The notes under the pieces were generated by a model. It ran no database searches and was not told the origin of the DNA. It worked only from the letters and a program-made list of their open reading frames with translations. From Leptospirales bacterium (GTDB taxonomy: Bacteria > Spirochaetota > Leptospiria > Turneriellales > JAOUFE01), in assembly GCA_040326155.1 (NCBI GenBank), contig JBEQLE010000002.1, positions 1 through 64,000 on the forward strand: a stretch of 64,000 bases of DNA. The letters are read 5' to 3'. The position numbers were made by a program, and so were the translations under genes. The number at the start of each line of letters is the position of its first letter. Positions within the stretch are counted from its first letter, which is position 1. Positions 1 through 11,794 of the stretch are shown here, piece by piece.

Positions 1-123
1 GCTGATGCATGGAACAAGAAGAATAAAGCGAAATCAAAAAATGAATACCAAAAACATATTGAAATTGCGATCAAAAGAAAAAGCGATTATGAAACAAGAG
101 TCAACTCGAAAAAGGAATTGTAG
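1..123 (+). CDS. 3' end of a probable RelE/HigB-type toxin (truncated by the window edge)
   Basis: Hand-translated frame 1, ADAWNKKNKAKSKNEYQKHIEIAIKRKSDYETRVNSKKEL*, resembles the 'hAFxKK...EIEIAxxRxxDY' C-terminus of HigB/Gp49-type toxins. The stop abuts the ATG of an HTH gene. Confidence 0.55.
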   Translation, partial: ADAWNKKNKAKSKNEYQKHIEIAIKRKSDYETRVNSKKEL

Positions 124-411
124 ATGAGTAAATTCAAAGATCATTTAAAGCAAAAATTAAAAGACCCGGAATTCAAGGAAGAATTTGAGCGCCAGAGACA
201 ACTATCTGAATTAGCAATTAAGATTCAGAAAGAGAGAACAAAAAAAGATTTAAGTCAATCTGCATTGGCCAAAATCGCAGGAATAACCCAGCAACAGTTG
301 TCCAAAATAGAGAACGCAGTAAACTCAAATATTGTAACTTATCTAAAAGTTCTTAACGCGCTAGATTACAGTCTTGGTGTTAAACCACAAAAGAAACTGG
401 CTCATGTCTAA
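124..411 (+). CDS. XRE-family HTH protein, probable HigA-like antitoxin
   Basis: N-terminal 'LKDPEFKEEFE' and HTH_3 motif LSQSALAKIAGITQQQLSKIEN; toxin-first gene order. Confidence 0.8.
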   Translation: MSKFKDHLKQKLKDPEFKEEFERQRQLSELAIKIQKERTKKDLSQSALAKIAGITQQQLSKIENAVNSNIVTYLKVLNALDYSLGVKPQKKLAHV

Positions 412-428
412 GGCAAGCCGACAACTCG

Positions 429-782
429 TCAGTGAGAATCCATTTTGGATAGTTTCTTTTTAGATTCTTCGTTACCCTGGGCGGCCGCTTTTTCATGCCA
501 TGCTCGACCGGTGGCGTGGTTGTGTTTTACACCCCATCCATTGTAGAACATTTTGCCGAGGTGCATCTGGGCGTCGGAGTGGCCTGCTTCGGCTGCTTTT
601 TTCAGATATGGATAGGCTTTCTTGTATTTTTTCTGGTCGTAAAGAGCCTTTCCTTTGGAGTAATTACTTTCAACTTCCGCTTGTTCGCTGGAATTTGTTT
701 TGGTGTAAACCTGAGACACCGAAACCGATGCAATGAATAAACATAATAAGAGTCTTATACCTGTACGCATTAATTTTTTCAT
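429..782 (-). CDS. Secreted Sel1-repeat (TPR-like) protein
   Basis: Signal-peptide-like N-terminus; Sel1 motif AAEAGHSDAQMHLGKMFYNGWGV...WHEKAAAQG. Confidence 0.85.
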   Translation of the reverse strand: MKKLMRTGIRLLLCLFIASVSVSQVYTKTNSSEQAEVESNYSKGKALYDQKKYKKAYPYLKKAAEAGHSDAQMHLGKMFYNGWGVKHNHATGRAWHEKAAAQGNEESKKKLSKMDSH

Positions 783-903
783 ATTGAAAGATAATAATCA
801 GCTGTGGAGTTGACAAGCAATTATTTTGCCTGCGTGCTCTTTGACACTTGGGAAAGATGAATTTGAACTTTACAGAATGATGAAAATTTAAATTGTATCT
901 CTA

Positions 904-1785
904 ATGGACCATTTAGAGAAACTTGAGAGCATATCTGTCTATATTTTGCGGGAAGCTTATGCGAATTTTAAAAATCTGGGCATGTTGTGGTCGATTGGCA
1001 AAGACAGCACTGTCATGTTATGGTTGGCCAGAAAGGCATTTTATGGTCACGTACCTTTTCCCCTGGTTCACGTTGACACGAATTTTAAGATACCTGAAAT
1101 GATTCGCTACCGTGATGAACTGACCCGAAAATGGAAGTTAAACATGGTTGTCGGACAAAATGAAGACGCCCTGGAGAAAAAACTTACTTTTCCTGATGGG
1201 AATGTAGACCGACTGACTTGCTGTGGTCATTTGAAAACTCAGGGTTTAAAAGATACTTTAAGCGGAAGCGGAAAACGGTATCGCTTTAACCACGACATAG
1301 ATCAATACGAAGTCGATAAAAGTACCGAAGCTTTTACCGGAGTTATTGCCGGTGTTCGCGCTGACGAAGAAGGTTCTCGTTCTAAAGAACGCTATTTTTC
1401 GCCACGAGATAAAAACAACGATTGGGACCTTGGCGACCAGCCCCCCGAATTCTGGAATTATTATAAAACTGATTTTGCCCCTGGCACTCACCTGCGCATT
1501 CATCCCCTGCTCGACTGGACTGAACTTAATGTATGGGAATATATTCAACGTGAAGAGATTCCCACGGTTTCTCTCTATTATGACCAGGGTGAAGGAACCC
1601 GCTATCGATCGCTTGGGTGCTACCCTTGCACGACTCCCATTGAGTCGAAGTCGACAAATGTGGCTGAAATTATTAAAGAGTTACAAAGTGGTGACCTGAA
1701 GAATATAGCCGAACGTTCCGGGCGAGCCCAGGACAAAGCGGGCGGCGGCGGCCTCGAAGATTTAAGAAAACAGGGATATATGTAA
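904..1785 (+). CDS. cysD: Sulfate adenylyltransferase subunit 2
   Basis: [21 protein letters not shown] and [10 protein letters not shown] motifs; C-terminal LRKQGYM. Confidence 0.96.
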   Translation: MDHLEKLESISVYILREAYANFKNLGMLWSIGKDSTVMLWLARKAFYGHVPFPLVHVDTNFKIPEMIRYRDELTRKWKLNMVVGQNEDALEKKLTFPDGNVDRLTCCGHLKTQGLKDTLSGSGKRYRFNHDIDQYEVDKSTEAFTGVIAGVRADEEGSRSKERYFSPRDKNNDWDLGDQPPEFWNYYKTDFAPGTHLRIHPLLDWTELNVWEYIQREEIPTVSLYYDQGEGTRYRSLGCYPCTTPIESKSTNVAEIIKELQSGDLKNIAERSGRAQDKAGGGGLEDLRKQGYM

Positions 1786-1786
1786 G

Positions 1787-3592
1787 ATGTCTATAACCGA
1801 ACAAGATCAAATGAACATCGTAATTGTCGGGCATGTCGATCACGGTAAAAGCACCGTTATAGGTCGGTTGCTTGCAGATACCGGTTCTTTACCCGATGGT
1901 AAGCTAGAGTCTGTGAAAGAGAATTGCAAACGTAATTCTAAGCCCTTTGAATACGCTTTTTTGCTGGACGCTTTAAAAGACGAACAGGCCCAGGGAATTA
2001 CCATCGACGCGGCTCGTGTGTTTTTTAAAAGCGATAAACGCCATTATATCATTATTGACGCTCCCGGCCATATTGAATTTCTAAAAAATATGATTACCGG
2101 GGCTTCTCGCGCTGAGGCCGCTTTGCTGGTTATTGACGCAGCCGAAGGCGTTCAGGAGAATTCTCGCCGTCACGGATACATGTTGTCCATGCTTGGTATT
2201 AAACAGGTTGTTGTACTTGTGAATAAAATGGACCTTGTAGAGTACGATGAAAAAGTATTTAACGCCATTCAAAAAGAGTATAATGAATTTTTAAGTAAAA
2301 TCGGTCTTAAGCCCGCTGCGTATATCCCGGTTTCGGGAATGAACGGAGTGAATATAGCCGGCAAAAATTCCGAGACCTCCTGGTTCGATGGAATGAATGT
2401 TTTAGAGGCGCTCGATATGTTTCAAGTGGAAGCGGCCCCACACGATAAGCCTTTTCGAATGCCCGTTCAAGATGTGTACAAGTTTACCCGTTTTGGCGAT
2501 AATCGCAGAATTATAGCTGGCACTGTGGAAACCGGTCGTTTACATAAAGGCGACACGGTTATGTTTTTGCCTTCGGGTAAAAAGAGTGTTGTAGATTCCA
2601 TTGAAGCCGTACACAAAGATGGTCAGGACTTTATTGAGTCTGGAATGGCCGGCGGTTTTACCCTGGCCGAGCAGATTTATGTTACTCGCGGTGAAATGGC
2701 CGTTAAAGTCGGCGAGGCATATCCCGAAGTAAGTACAACGTTTCAGGTCTCTCTTTTCTGGCTTGCGCATCAACCCATGGTGGAGAAGAAAGAGTATTTT
2801 ATTAAAATCGGAACTTCAAAAGTTGCCGTTAAACTTGAAAAAATTAATGGTATTATTGACGCCTCAAATCTCGGGTCACTTGAAAAAAACCAGGTGGAAC
2901 GGCACGACGTGGCCGATTGTACTCTGGTAACGCAAAAAGCCCTGGCGTTTGACCTTTCCGACGAGATTTCAGCGACATCTCGTTTCGTAATTATTGACAA
3001 TTATGAAATTACCGGAGGGGGAATTATACGCAAATCTGTCGAGAACACAACCTCTGACATACGCAACCATATTCAGATTAGAAATTACAAATGGGAAAAA
3101 GGCAGTGTTACTATGGCCAGGCGCGCCGAAAGACTTTGCCAGCGCCCTACCCTTGTTATTATTACCGGCGGAAAAGAGCAAGATAAAAAAACCCTGGCGA
3201 AATCTCTCGAAGAAAAACTTTTTGAGGACGGGCGTTATGTCTATTACCTTGGCATAGGTAATGTAAAATATGGCGTGGACGCCGACCTTGTCGAGAATAA
3301 ACAAAATGGCCGAGAGCATGTGCGCCGACTGGCTGAAGTTGCACATATTGTACTCGACCTTGGAGCTGTTTTAATTGTTACCGCTTCGGACCTTGACCAG
3401 GAACATCTGGAAGTTATTAAAGCGTCTATAAACCCTGAAGTCATTCAAACCATATGGGTTGGTAACGAGGTTACAACTGATATACAAAATGACCTTCATA
3501 TTCTGGACGATGAACTTGAGACAACAGATTGTGTAGCCAGAATTAAAGAAAATCTGCAGGACATTGGTACCTTTTTCAAAGTCTGGAACTAA
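1787..3592 (+). CDS. cysN: Sulfate adenylyltransferase subunit 1 (GTPase) fused to a degenerate APS-kinase-like domain
   Basis: [23 protein letters not shown] and NKMD motifs. The C-terminal CysC-like domain has an altered P-loop ([10 protein letters not shown]). Confidence 0.93.
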   Translation: MSITEQDQMNIVIVGHVDHGKSTVIGRLLADTGSLPDGKLESVKENCKRNSKPFEYAFLLDALKDEQAQGITIDAARVFFKSDKRHYIIIDAPGHIEFLKNMITGASRAEAALLVIDAAEGVQENSRRHGYMLSMLGIKQVVVLVNKMDLVEYDEKVFNAIQKEYNEFLSKIGLKPAAYIPVSGMNGVNIAGKNSETSWFDGMNVLEALDMFQVEAAPHDKPFRMPVQDVYKFTRFGDNRRIIAGTVETGRLHKGDTVMFLPSGKKSVVDSIEAVHKDGQDFIESGMAGGFTLAEQIYVTRGEMAVKVGEAYPEVSTTFQVSLFWLAHQPMVEKKEYFIKIGTSKVAVKLEKINGIIDASNLGSLEKNQVERHDVADCTLVTQKALAFDLSDEISATSRFVIIDNYEITGGGIIRKSVENTTSDIRNHIQIRNYKWEKGSVTMARRAERLCQRPTLVIITGGKEQDKKTLAKSLEEKLFEDGRYVYYLGIGNVKYGVDADLVENKQNGREHVRRLAEVAHIVLDLGAVLIVTASDLDQEHLEVIKASINPEVIQTIWVGNEVTTDIQNDLHILDDELETTDCVARIKENLQDIGTFFKVWN

Positions 3593-3597
3593 AAAAT

Positions 3598-4383
3598 ATG
3601 AGCATAAAAATTGAAGATATAATTACCCTGGCTCGCGAAGCCGGAGAAGCCATACTTGAAGTCTACAAAAGGGACTTTGATGTTGAAATAAAAGATGACA
3701 AGTCTCCCCTTACCGAAGCAGACAAGAAAGCAAACGAAATTATCGTGGCTAAACTCAAAGAGCTCTACCCTGAAATTCCTATTTTATCGGAAGAAGAAAA
3801 GGCTGCCGCCTATGAAACCCGAAAACAGTGGGGAACTTTCTGGTTGGTAGATCCACTCGATGGCACAAAAGAGTTTATAAAAAAGAATGGGGAATTTACC
3901 GTTAATATTGCCTTAATTGAAAATCATACTCCGGTTCTTGGAGTCGTTTTTGCCCCTGTACTCGATAAAATGTATTATGGTACAACTGAAAATGGATCGT
4001 GGTTGAGTACCGAAAAAGCCGAACCGGTGAAATTACCGAGAATTACCAACGACGAAAAAGAGAAAGCCATGACCGTGGTGGCCAGTCGTTCTCATATGTC
4101 CGAAGAGACAGAGCAATTTATTGAAGCTTTAAAGTCGAAAACAGCATCCGTAAATACCATTTCTATTGGAAGTTCACTCAAGCTCTGCCTTGTTGCTGAA
4201 GGCGAAGCCGATGTGTACCCCCGCCTCGGACCTACTATGGAGTGGGACACTGCCGCTGCTCACGCTGTTGTGGTAAATGCTGGAAAAAAAGTTTTGGTAT
4301 ATGAAAATGGAGCAACAACTGAAACCTCACTCTCTTATAATAAAGAGAACTTGTTAAATCCTTTTTTCGTTGTTACTGAGTAG
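3598..4383 (+). CDS. cysQ: 3'(2'),5'-bisphosphate nucleotidase
   Basis: KDDKSPLTEAD, LSEE, WLVDPLDGTKEF, GSSLKLC and TMEWDTAAAHA motifs. Confidence 0.95.
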   Translation: MSIKIEDIITLAREAGEAILEVYKRDFDVEIKDDKSPLTEADKKANEIIVAKLKELYPEIPILSEEEKAAAYETRKQWGTFWLVDPLDGTKEFIKKNGEFTVNIALIENHTPVLGVVFAPVLDKMYYGTTENGSWLSTEKAEPVKLPRITNDEKEKAMTVVASRSHMSEETEQFIEALKSKTASVNTISIGSSLKLCLVAEGEADVYPRLGPTMEWDTAAAHAVVVNAGKKVLVYENGATTETSLSYNKENLLNPFFVVTE

Positions 4384-4480
4384 AAAAACACCAGAATTTA
4401 ATCTTTCCGTCCGGTTTTCTATACATTATATAACAGTTGACATCATGTTTTTAGACTCCAAAAAGGAGTGCGTTCACTCA

Positions 4481-5044
4481 ATGAACGCAGGAATTATGAA
4501 ATATTGGTACGCTATTCAATGCGCTTCCGGCAAAGAGTCGGTGGCTAGAAAAAAGATAGAAAATCTGTTTTCCGGGTATAAGACTTTCTTTCCCCGTAGA
4601 GAACTTGAGATTCGAAAATCAGGAAAAACCAGCCTGCAAGTAACGCCTTTGTTTAAAGGGTATTTTTTTATATCGTCCAAAAGCGGAATGTTGTACCGTG
4701 AAGCGGCAGAACTTGTTAAAAAGATAAACGACAATTCTGCAACGGCAATTTTGTATAATGTTGTTGGCATGAACGCAGCAGAAAGTTCCATTGGCAGCGA
4801 CACACTCGTCCCCGTTAAAAAAAACGAAATGGACAAGTTGTTTGAGCTCACGCAGGGAGAAGAGGTTGTCCCGTTTTCTTCTTATTTGAAAGAAGGATCC
4901 ATACTTAAAATTATTTCTGGCCCACTAAAGGGGCTTGAGGCTTTGCTTGTAAAAGTGAATTCTCGCAAAAGACGAATTCGAGTCGCCGTAGAACTTTTCG
5001 GAAAAAAACAATATGTCGACCTCGGCGCTTCGATGGTAAGTTAA
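4481..5044 (+). CDS. Specialised NusG paralog (LoaP/RfaH/UpxY-type antiterminator)
   Basis: NGN start WYAIQCASGKE, PLFKGYFFI, and KOW IISGPLKGLEA followed by a basic KVNSRKRRIRV patch as in LoaP. The start is probably 4481 or 4496, not 4370. Confidence 0.85.
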   Translation: MNAGIMKYWYAIQCASGKESVARKKIENLFSGYKTFFPRRELEIRKSGKTSLQVTPLFKGYFFISSKSGMLYREAAELVKKINDNSATAILYNVVGMNAAESSIGSDTLVPVKKNEMDKLFELTQGEEVVPFSSYLKEGSILKIISGPLKGLEALLVKVNSRKRRIRVAVELFGKKQYVDLGASMVS

Positions 5045-5055
5045 ACATAGAAACA

Positions 5056-5074
5056 CCGCATGTTTCGGCTGCGG
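5056..5074 (+). promoter_or_regulatory. UUCG-tetraloop hairpin with a bulged U; candidate LoaP-type recruitment element
   Basis: CCGCA-T-GT-TTCG-GC-TGCGG lies in the spacer between the NusG paralog and the first operon gene. Confidence 0.55.
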
Positions 5075-5186
5075 CGCTTCAACCTGTATTTAAAAAATAG
5101 TAAAAACCAAATGGGTGAGGTATGTCTAAGGAGCAACGGTGTTTCGGATTTTTCGCACGAAAACCCGATAAATTGAAATAAATATT

Positions 5187-5516
5187 ATGTACGAAGACGA
5201 AATTGAATATAGATTGTTAAAAACTCTGGAGGGGCAACCCGATTTAAGCCAGCGTGATCTGGCCGGGAAAATGAATTTAAGTCTCGGGAAAATTAATTTT
5301 TGCATTCAGGCTTTGGTAAAAAAAGGGTTGGTGAAAGCTAATAATTTTCGAAATTCAAAAAATAAAATTGCCTATTTTTATAAACTTACCCCTATTGGTA
5401 TTGAGCAAAAGACTCGTTTAACTGTCCGTTTCTTGCAGAAGAAAATGGTTGAGTACGATAGTTTAAAACTAGAAATTGATGAATTGCAAGAGGAAGTCAA
5501 TAGACTTTCCATTTAA
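5187..5516 (+). CDS. MarR-family EPS-associated transcriptional regulator
   Basis: LSQRDLAGKMNLSLGKINFCIQALVKKGLVKANNFRNSKNKIAYFYKLTPIG matches this family. Confidence 0.92.
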   Translation: MYEDEIEYRLLKTLEGQPDLSQRDLAGKMNLSLGKINFCIQALVKKGLVKANNFRNSKNKIAYFYKLTPIGIEQKTRLTVRFLQKKMVEYDSLKLEIDELQEEVNRLSI

Positions 5517-5534
5517 ATTTCTCCAGAATAAAAA

Positions 5535-6362
5535 ATGTCAACCATTCGAACATGTATCTTTCCCGCCGCTGGATATGGAACCCGGTTTTTACCGGCAACG
5601 AAATCTATGCCAAAAGAGATGCTTCCGATCTTAACAAAACCGTTAATTCAATATGGGGTTGAAGAGGCTGTAGAGGCTGGAGTTAAGAATATTGGTTTTA
5701 TTACAGGTCGAGGTAAAAGATCGCTCGAAGATCATTTCGATAAAAGTTATGAGCTCGAACATCAGATTAAAGGGACGGACAAAGAAAAGAGCTTAACCGG
5801 CATAAGAAATATTATTGAGCAATGCACAATTTCTTACACCCGCCAAAAAGAGATGAAAGGGCTTGGTCATGCGGTGTTATGCGGCGAACACTTTATTAAG
5901 ACTGAGGCTTTTTCTGTAATTCTGGCAGACGACTTGTGCGATAACGACGGTGACGGCGTGATGAAACAGATGGTTCAAATGTACGAAAAATATAAATGTT
6001 CCATTGTCGCTTGCATGGAGGTTCCCCGTGAAGATGCCCATCGCTATGGAATTATCAGTGGGACCGAAGAAGAACCGGGAGTAATACGGGCAAACGATCT
6101 GGTAGAAAAACCGAAACCTGGAACCGAACCATCCAATATGGCAGTAATCGGCAGGTACATACTTACATCCGATATTTTTAATATATTAAGAAAGCTACCT
6201 CCGGGTGCTAATAATGAAATTCAATTAACGGATGCTTTAAAAGAGCAGGCCAAGAATGGGCGTGTTATAGCCTACAAATTTAAAGGCAAACGTTACGACT
6301 GTGGCATTGTCGATGGTTTTGTACAAGCAACGGTTGACCTGTACGAAAAACAGAAATCATAG
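5535..6362 (+). CDS. galU: UTP-glucose-1-phosphate uridylyltransferase
   Basis: [33 protein letters not shown] and EIQLTDA motifs. Confidence 0.96.
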   Translation: MSTIRTCIFPAAGYGTRFLPATKSMPKEMLPILTKPLIQYGVEEAVEAGVKNIGFITGRGKRSLEDHFDKSYELEHQIKGTDKEKSLTGIRNIIEQCTISYTRQKEMKGLGHAVLCGEHFIKTEAFSVILADDLCDNDGDGVMKQMVQMYEKYKCSIVACMEVPREDAHRYGIISGTEEEPGVIRANDLVEKPKPGTEPSNMAVIGRYILTSDIFNILRKLPPGANNEIQLTDALKEQAKNGRVIAYKFKGKRYDCGIVDGFVQATVDLYEKQKS

Positions 6363-6388
6363 AACACAAAAAAGTAGCCAACATTATT

Positions 6389-7741
6389 ATGAAAATATCA
6401 ATAATAGGAACAGGGTATGTAGGTTTAGTTTCGGGAACTTGTTTTGCCGAAATGGGCAACAATGTCATTTGCGTCGATATTGACAAAGACAAAATAGAAG
6501 GGCTAAAGAAGGGTATTATACCAATATTCGAACCAGGTCTGGAAGAGATGGTTAAAGAAAACTATAAAAAAGAGACTCTTCACTTTTCTGTCGATATCGC
6601 TTCTGCTGTAAAAAATTCCGACATCTGCTTTATTGCCGTTGGAACTCCTCCGGGGGAAGACGGTAGCGCCGACCTTCAGTATGTGCTCGCAGTGGCTTCC
6701 GATATTGGAAAGCAGATGGAAGGTCCAATGATTGTTGTAGACAAATCAACCGTTCCCGTAGGCACAGCTAAGAAAGTAACTGAAACCGTGCAAACCGAAC
6801 TAGATAAAAGAGAAGTTACGGTGAAATTTCATGTCGTTTCGAACCCCGAATTTTTAAAAGAAGGCGCGGCCATCAGTGACTTTATGAAACCTGACCGAGT
6901 TGTTGTCGGAGCAGATGATGCCCAGGCAATGAACTCTATGCACGAACTCTATAAACCATTTATGCAAAATTACGACTCGTTCATCGGTATGGATGTACGC
7001 AGTGCTGAGATGACCAAATACGCGGCCAACTCGATGCTTGCCACAAAAATATCTTTCATGAATGAACTTTCAAATATCTGCGAACGCGTCGGAGCTGACA
7101 TCAATAAAGTACGAATCGGAATCGGAAGCGACAGTCGTATCGGATATTCTTTTATCTACCCCGGCTGCGGTTATGGGGGAAGTTGTTTTCCTAAAGATGT
7201 GCAAGCCCTCGCGAAAACGGCCAAAGAGTATGGTTATGAAGCTCGCATTTTAGACGCTGTCGAAGCTGTAAATTACGACCAGAAAGAAGTTCTCGTCAAC
7301 AAGGTTATAAAACGTTTTGGCGAAAACTTATCGGGAAAAACTTTTACAGTCTGGGGTTTAGCGTTTAAGCCTGAAACCGACGATATGAGAGAAGCCAGCT
7401 CTATTACAATTATTAACGGTTTAACTTCACGCGGTGCCAAAGTTCGGGCATATGATCCCAAGGCTCGCCATGAAGCTGAAAGTGTCTATTTAAAAGGTAA
7501 TATTAATGTAACATACTGCAACTCTGCAAATGAAGCTTTACTCGATGCTGACGCACTGATTCTGGTCACGGAATGGAAAGAGTTTCGAAGCCCAGATTTC
7601 AGCGAGATAAAAAAGCAACTGAAGTCTCCGATAATCTTTGACGGTAGAAACCAGTACGACTCGAAAAATCTTACAGATAAAGGATTTGAGTATTTTCAGA
7701 TTGGTGTTTCCGACAATTGGTATACTACTATAAGTATTTAA
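6389..7741 (+). CDS. ugd: UDP-glucose 6-dehydrogenase
   Basis: [25 protein letters not shown] and [12 protein letters not shown] motifs. Confidence 0.94.
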   Translation: MKISIIGTGYVGLVSGTCFAEMGNNVICVDIDKDKIEGLKKGIIPIFEPGLEEMVKENYKKETLHFSVDIASAVKNSDICFIAVGTPPGEDGSADLQYVLAVASDIGKQMEGPMIVVDKSTVPVGTAKKVTETVQTELDKREVTVKFHVVSNPEFLKEGAAISDFMKPDRVVVGADDAQAMNSMHELYKPFMQNYDSFIGMDVRSAEMTKYAANSMLATKISFMNELSNICERVGADINKVRIGIGSDSRIGYSFIYPGCGYGGSCFPKDVQALAKTAKEYGYEARILDAVEAVNYDQKEVLVNKVIKRFGENLSGKTFTVWGLAFKPETDDMREASSITIINGLTSRGAKVRAYDPKARHEAESVYLKGNINVTYCNSANEALLDADALILVTEWKEFRSPDFSEIKKQLKSPIIFDGRNQYDSKNLTDKGFEYFQIGVSDNWYTTISI

Positions 7742-7743
7742 CA

Positions 7744-8613
7744 ATGAAAAACAAGAAAACTACTACTACTTTAGAAGAAACCTGGGATCTGGTAATAGAA
7801 CCTAAGACAAGTTGGTTTCAATTGCACTTGGCCGATCTGTGGCGATACCGCGATCTTGTGCTACTGTTTGTAAAAAGAGACCTGAGTGTTACCTATAAAC
7901 AGACTATACTGGGGCCAGTCTGGTTTTTAATTCAACCGCTTTTTTCGACAATTATTTTCACCGTTATTTTTGGAAAAATAGCCAAAATACCTACAGACGG
8001 AATTCCCCCGTTTTTATTTTACATGGCCGGAAATGTGGCATGGGGTTATTTTGCCAATAGTTTAAATGGCACATCGAATACCTTCGTCAAGAATTCTGGT
8101 ATTTTCGGGAAAGTGTATTTCCCTCGCCTGGCGATCCCCTTATCCATCGTTATCAGTAATCTTGCCAAGTTCGCCGTACAACTTCTACTTTTTGCAGGGT
8201 TTTATAGCTATTTTGCCCTGAGTGGCGCAGGCTTAAAAATAGATATCAATATTCTTTATTTACCCGTAATAATTCTGCAAATGGCTATTTTAGCCTTGGG
8301 AGTGGGTGTACTTATTTCTTCAATGGTTACCAAATACCGCGACTTGACCGTTTTAATGACTTTTGGTGTTCAATTATGGATGTATGCCACACCGGTTGTT
8401 TATCCGGTATCACAGGTCCCCGAAAAATATCAATTTTTCTATTTGTTGAATCCGATGGCGGTAATTATTGAGAACTTTAAATATATCTTTTTTCATAAAG
8501 GAACAATTTTACCCGATATGATTCTTATCTCGTGGATAACGACTGTTGTTATATTTTTTCTTGGCTTACTGGTGTTTAATAGAGTAGAAAAAGGATTTAT
8601 GGATACAGTATAG
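7744..8613 (+). CDS. wzm: Polysaccharide ABC transporter permease
   Basis: LWRYRDL, YKQTILGPVW, KVYFPRL, KYRDL and YATPVVYP motifs; multiple TM helices. Confidence 0.92.
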   Translation: MKNKKTTTTLEETWDLVIEPKTSWFQLHLADLWRYRDLVLLFVKRDLSVTYKQTILGPVWFLIQPLFSTIIFTVIFGKIAKIPTDGIPPFLFYMAGNVAWGYFANSLNGTSNTFVKNSGIFGKVYFPRLAIPLSIVISNLAKFAVQLLLFAGFYSYFALSGAGLKIDINILYLPVIILQMAILALGVGVLISSMVTKYRDLTVLMTFGVQLWMYATPVVYPVSQVPEKYQFFYLLNPMAVIIENFKYIFFHKGTILPDMILISWITTVVIFFLGLLVFNRVEKGFMDTV

Positions 8614-8675
8614 CGCATAATGGCTATCAGTAATTTATAATTTGATGACAAAATGAAATTAATAAGAAAAGAAAA

Positions 8676-9920
8676 ATGAGTACTATTATAAAAGTAGAAA
8701 ATCTTTCGAAAGAGTACCGCTTGGGTGTTTTAGATCATGGAGCAATGTATAAGGATTTGCAGGCATGGTGGGCAAAATTGCGAGGAAAAGAAGACCCAAA
8801 CTCATTAATAGGCGAGAATATTAAAAGTGAGTCCATGGAAGACCGATTTTGGGCATTGCAAGATCTGAATTTTGAAATCAAAGCAGGCGAAAGCGTAGGT
8901 ATTATAGGAAAAAACGGAGCTGGTAAGTCGACACTACTGAAGATCTTATCTCGTGTAACCACTCCAACCCAGGGTTCGGTAAAAATAAAAGGGCGCGTGG
9001 CCAGCCTTCTTGAGGTCGGAACAGGTTTTCATCCGGAGCTTACCGGGCGTGAAAATATATTTTTAAACGGTGCGATTATGGGATTATCCAAAATCGAAGT
9101 TAAAAAACGCTTTGATGCAATTGTCGATTTTTCCGGAGTGGAGAAGTTTATCGATACACCTGTAAAGCGCTACAGCAGTGGTATGAGAGTTCGTCTTGGT
9201 TTTGCGGTGGCAGCTCACCTGGAACCTGATATACTAATAGTTGATGAAGTACTGGCTGTTGGTGATTTGGAATTTCAAAAGAAATGTCTCGGGAAAATGG
9301 AGGATGTAGGTAAAGAAGGGCGAACTGTTATTTTTGTCAGCCATAATATGGGGGCGGTACAAACATTGTGCAAAAGAGGAATCTATTTGCATAAAGGCGC
9401 CGTCTCTCTCGATTCGAATATAAACGAGGTTGTTGGAAGCTATATGACGGTCGATGAAAAGCAGTACAAGTTTCCCATATCGAATGATAACGCAGGTATT
9501 ACGGTTGAATCTCTTCAAATTAAGATAATACAAAAAAAGAATTATATAAATCTTACACTGCTTGGCTTGGTATCGATACAAAAAAAAATGGGCAAATTGG
9601 CTTTTGCCATTCAAGTGAAAACCAAGGATGGATTGTTAGTATCTTCTATAGGTTCGAAAATATTCAACCAATATTTAAAGCAGAATAAAGGCAACCAGGA
9701 AATCTCGTTAACGTGTCCGGAGATAAACCGCTACCTCGTTCCAGGAATGTATTTATTATCGTTTATTATTTTTAAAGAGCCCAACAAAAGATTACTTGAG
9801 CTAGAAAATTTTGAGGCTATCGAAATCCCTTCCATTCGAACATATTATACTTTGGGAGCAATTCCGCGTCAACGTTTTCACGGCGTCACATTGCTACCTT
9901 GGCAGGTGAAAATACAATGA
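8676..9920 (+). CDS. wzt: Polysaccharide ABC transporter ATPase with a C-terminal extension (Wzt_C-like)
   Basis: [27 protein letters not shown] and DEVLAVGD motifs, plus a ~150-aa C-terminal domain. Confidence 0.93.
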   Translation: MSTIIKVENLSKEYRLGVLDHGAMYKDLQAWWAKLRGKEDPNSLIGENIKSESMEDRFWALQDLNFEIKAGESVGIIGKNGAGKSTLLKILSRVTTPTQGSVKIKGRVASLLEVGTGFHPELTGRENIFLNGAIMGLSKIEVKKRFDAIVDFSGVEKFIDTPVKRYSSGMRVRLGFAVAAHLEPDILIVDEVLAVGDLEFQKKCLGKMEDVGKEGRTVIFVSHNMGAVQTLCKRGIYLHKGAVSLDSNINEVVGSYMTVDEKQYKFPISNDNAGITVESLQIKIIQKKNYINLTLLGLVSIQKKMGKLAFAIQVKTKDGLLVSSIGSKIFNQYLKQNKGNQEISLTCPEINRYLVPGMYLLSFIIFKEPNKRLLELENFEAIEIPSIRTYYTLGAIPRQRFHGVTLLPWQVKIQ

Positions 9921-10783
9921 AAGGTATTATTTTAGCGGGCGGAAGCGGGACGCGCTTATATCCAGTAACCAGAGCGATAAGCAAACAGTTACTGCCTATT
10001 TACGATAAGCCCATGATTTATTACCCGCTTTCCGTATTAATGCTCGCAGAAATTCGGGATATTTTAATTATCACAACGCCCCACGATATAGGGATGTATA
10101 AAGAAGTACTGGGGACTGGTGAAGAGTGGGGGGTGAAGTTTACCTACGCGGAACAACCCAAACCGGGCGGCCTTGCCGAAGCGTTTATAATTGGTAAAGA
10201 TTTTATTGGTAACGACAATGTATGTCTAATTCTTGGCGATAATGTTTTTTACGGGCCCGGATTAACAGCAAAGCTTAAACGCGCCGCATCGGTTAAATCG
10301 GGCGCCGTTGTATTTGCCTATCAGGTGAAAGATCCGGAACGCTTTGGCGTTGTCCAGTTTGATAAAACCCGAAAAGCGATCGGTATAGAAGAAAAACCTG
10401 ATAAACCCAAAAGTCATTATGCGGTAACAGGGCTCTATTTTTATGATAATTCAGTGGTTAAAATAGCTATGAGTCTGGCTCCCAGCGAGAGAGGAGAACT
10501 TGAAATTACGGATGTAAATCGCCAATATCTTGAAGAAGGTAAACTTCAAGTGGAGGTTCTAGGGCGCGGATTCGCCTGGCTTGATACCGGTACGCATGAT
10601 AGCCTGTTAGAAGCCTCGCAGTTTGTAGAAACAATAGAGAAACGGCAGGGATATAAAATTGCGTGTCCGGAAGAAATTGCCTATGGTAAAGGGTGGATTA
10701 ATCAGGAGCAGGTTAAAAAAATTGCGGATTCCTTGAAAAAGACCGGGTATGCCAAGTACCTGATGGAGATTATCAACGAGTGA
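9917..10783 (+). CDS. rfbA: Glucose-1-phosphate thymidylyltransferase
   Basis: [26 protein letters not shown] and [10 protein letters not shown] motifs; ATG overlaps the wzt stop (ATGA). Confidence 0.96.
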   Translation: MKGIILAGGSGTRLYPVTRAISKQLLPIYDKPMIYYPLSVLMLAEIRDILIITTPHDIGMYKEVLGTGEEWGVKFTYAEQPKPGGLAEAFIIGKDFIGNDNVCLILGDNVFYGPGLTAKLKRAASVKSGAVVFAYQVKDPERFGVVQFDKTRKAIGIEEKPDKPKSHYAVTGLYFYDNSVVKIAMSLAPSERGELEITDVNRQYLEEGKLQVEVLGRGFAWLDTGTHDSLLEASQFVETIEKRQGYKIACPEEIAYGKGWINQEQVKKIADSLKKTGYAKYLMEIINE

Positions 10784-11784
10784 TGAAAAATCTTCTTATC
10801 ACAGGCGGTTGTGGTTTTATCGGTAGTAATTTATTATTGCATTTGCATGAAAAATATCCTGATTATCAACTTTTGAATCTGGATAAGCTGACCTATGCCG
10901 CTGATCCAAAACATTTGAGTGGCATTGATAGCTCCGAGCGATATACTTTTTTACAGGCTGATATCAGTAATTTTTCCCAGGTAGCTGACATATTTAAAAA
11001 CTATGATATCGAGGGTGTTATTCACCTGGCAGCGGAATCTCATGTAGATAATTCGATTGAGAGTCCTGATGAGTTCGTCCACACCAATGTTAACGGAACA
11101 TTTAATATGCTTAAGGCTGTGTATTTGAACTGGATGGATGCGCCGGGTCAAACAAAAAAAGGCTATGAACACCGGCGGTTTCATCATGTTTCAACGGATG
11201 AAGTGTATGGCTCTCTGGGGGAGACCGGATTATTTACCGAGTCTACACCTTATGCGCCCAACTCTCCTTACAGCGCAACCAAAGCGGCCAGCGATATGCT
11301 TGTCAGAAGTTATTTTCATACCTATGGATTGAATACTGTAATTACCAATTGTTCAAATAATTTTGGCCCAAGGCAGCACACAGAAAAGCTGATTCCGGTA
11401 ATTATTCGAAAAGCCGTTGCCGAAGAGCCTATACCGATTTATGGAGATGGAAGCAATGTTCGGGATTGGTTATATGTACGGGACCACTGTACGGCGCTCG
11501 ATCTGTCCTTCCATAAAGGGATTGCCGGAGAAACGTATAACATTGGCGGTGATAATGAAATGTCCAATAATCGCGTGGCAAAATATGTATGCGATATCCT
11601 GGATGAACTTCAACCGCGCAAGAATGGCAGAAGCTATAATGAGTTGATCGCCTTCGTTAAAGATCGTCCCGGCCACGACTGGCGTTACGCCATAGATTCA
11701 ACTAAAATAAATAATGACCTTGGCTGGCGCACTTTGGAAAAATTTGAAGAAAATCTAGCAGAAACTATAAAGTACTATATTTAA
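10780..11784 (+). CDS. rfbB: dTDP-glucose 4,6-dehydratase
   Basis: [29 protein letters not shown] and DRPGHD motifs. Confidence 0.96.
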   Translation: MMKNLLITGGCGFIGSNLLLHLHEKYPDYQLLNLDKLTYAADPKHLSGIDSSERYTFLQADISNFSQVADIFKNYDIEGVIHLAAESHVDNSIESPDEFVHTNVNGTFNMLKAVYLNWMDAPGQTKKGYEHRRFHHVSTDEVYGSLGETGLFTESTPYAPNSPYSATKAASDMLVRSYFHTYGLNTVITNCSNNFGPRQHTEKLIPVIIRKAVAEEPIPIYGDGSNVRDWLYVRDHCTALDLSFHKGIAGETYNIGGDNEMSNNRVAKYVCDILDELQPRKNGRSYNELIAFVKDRPGHDWRYAIDSTKINNDLGWRTLEKFEENLAETIKYYI

Positions 11785-11794
11785 TAATTTGCCA

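Noticed and set aside
810..870. Sigma70 promoters at TTGACA hexamers (810, 841; also 4437 and 58944)
   Set aside because: No convincing -10 box at 16-18 bp spacing.
4370..4480. N-terminal extension of the NusG paralog in the ORF track
   Set aside because: It starts at a TTG overlapping cysQ; NGN similarity and an AGGAG RBS point to 4481 or 4496.
5045..5186. RfaH ops/JUMPStart element
   Set aside because: No GGCGGTAG-type sequence is visible; only hairpins.
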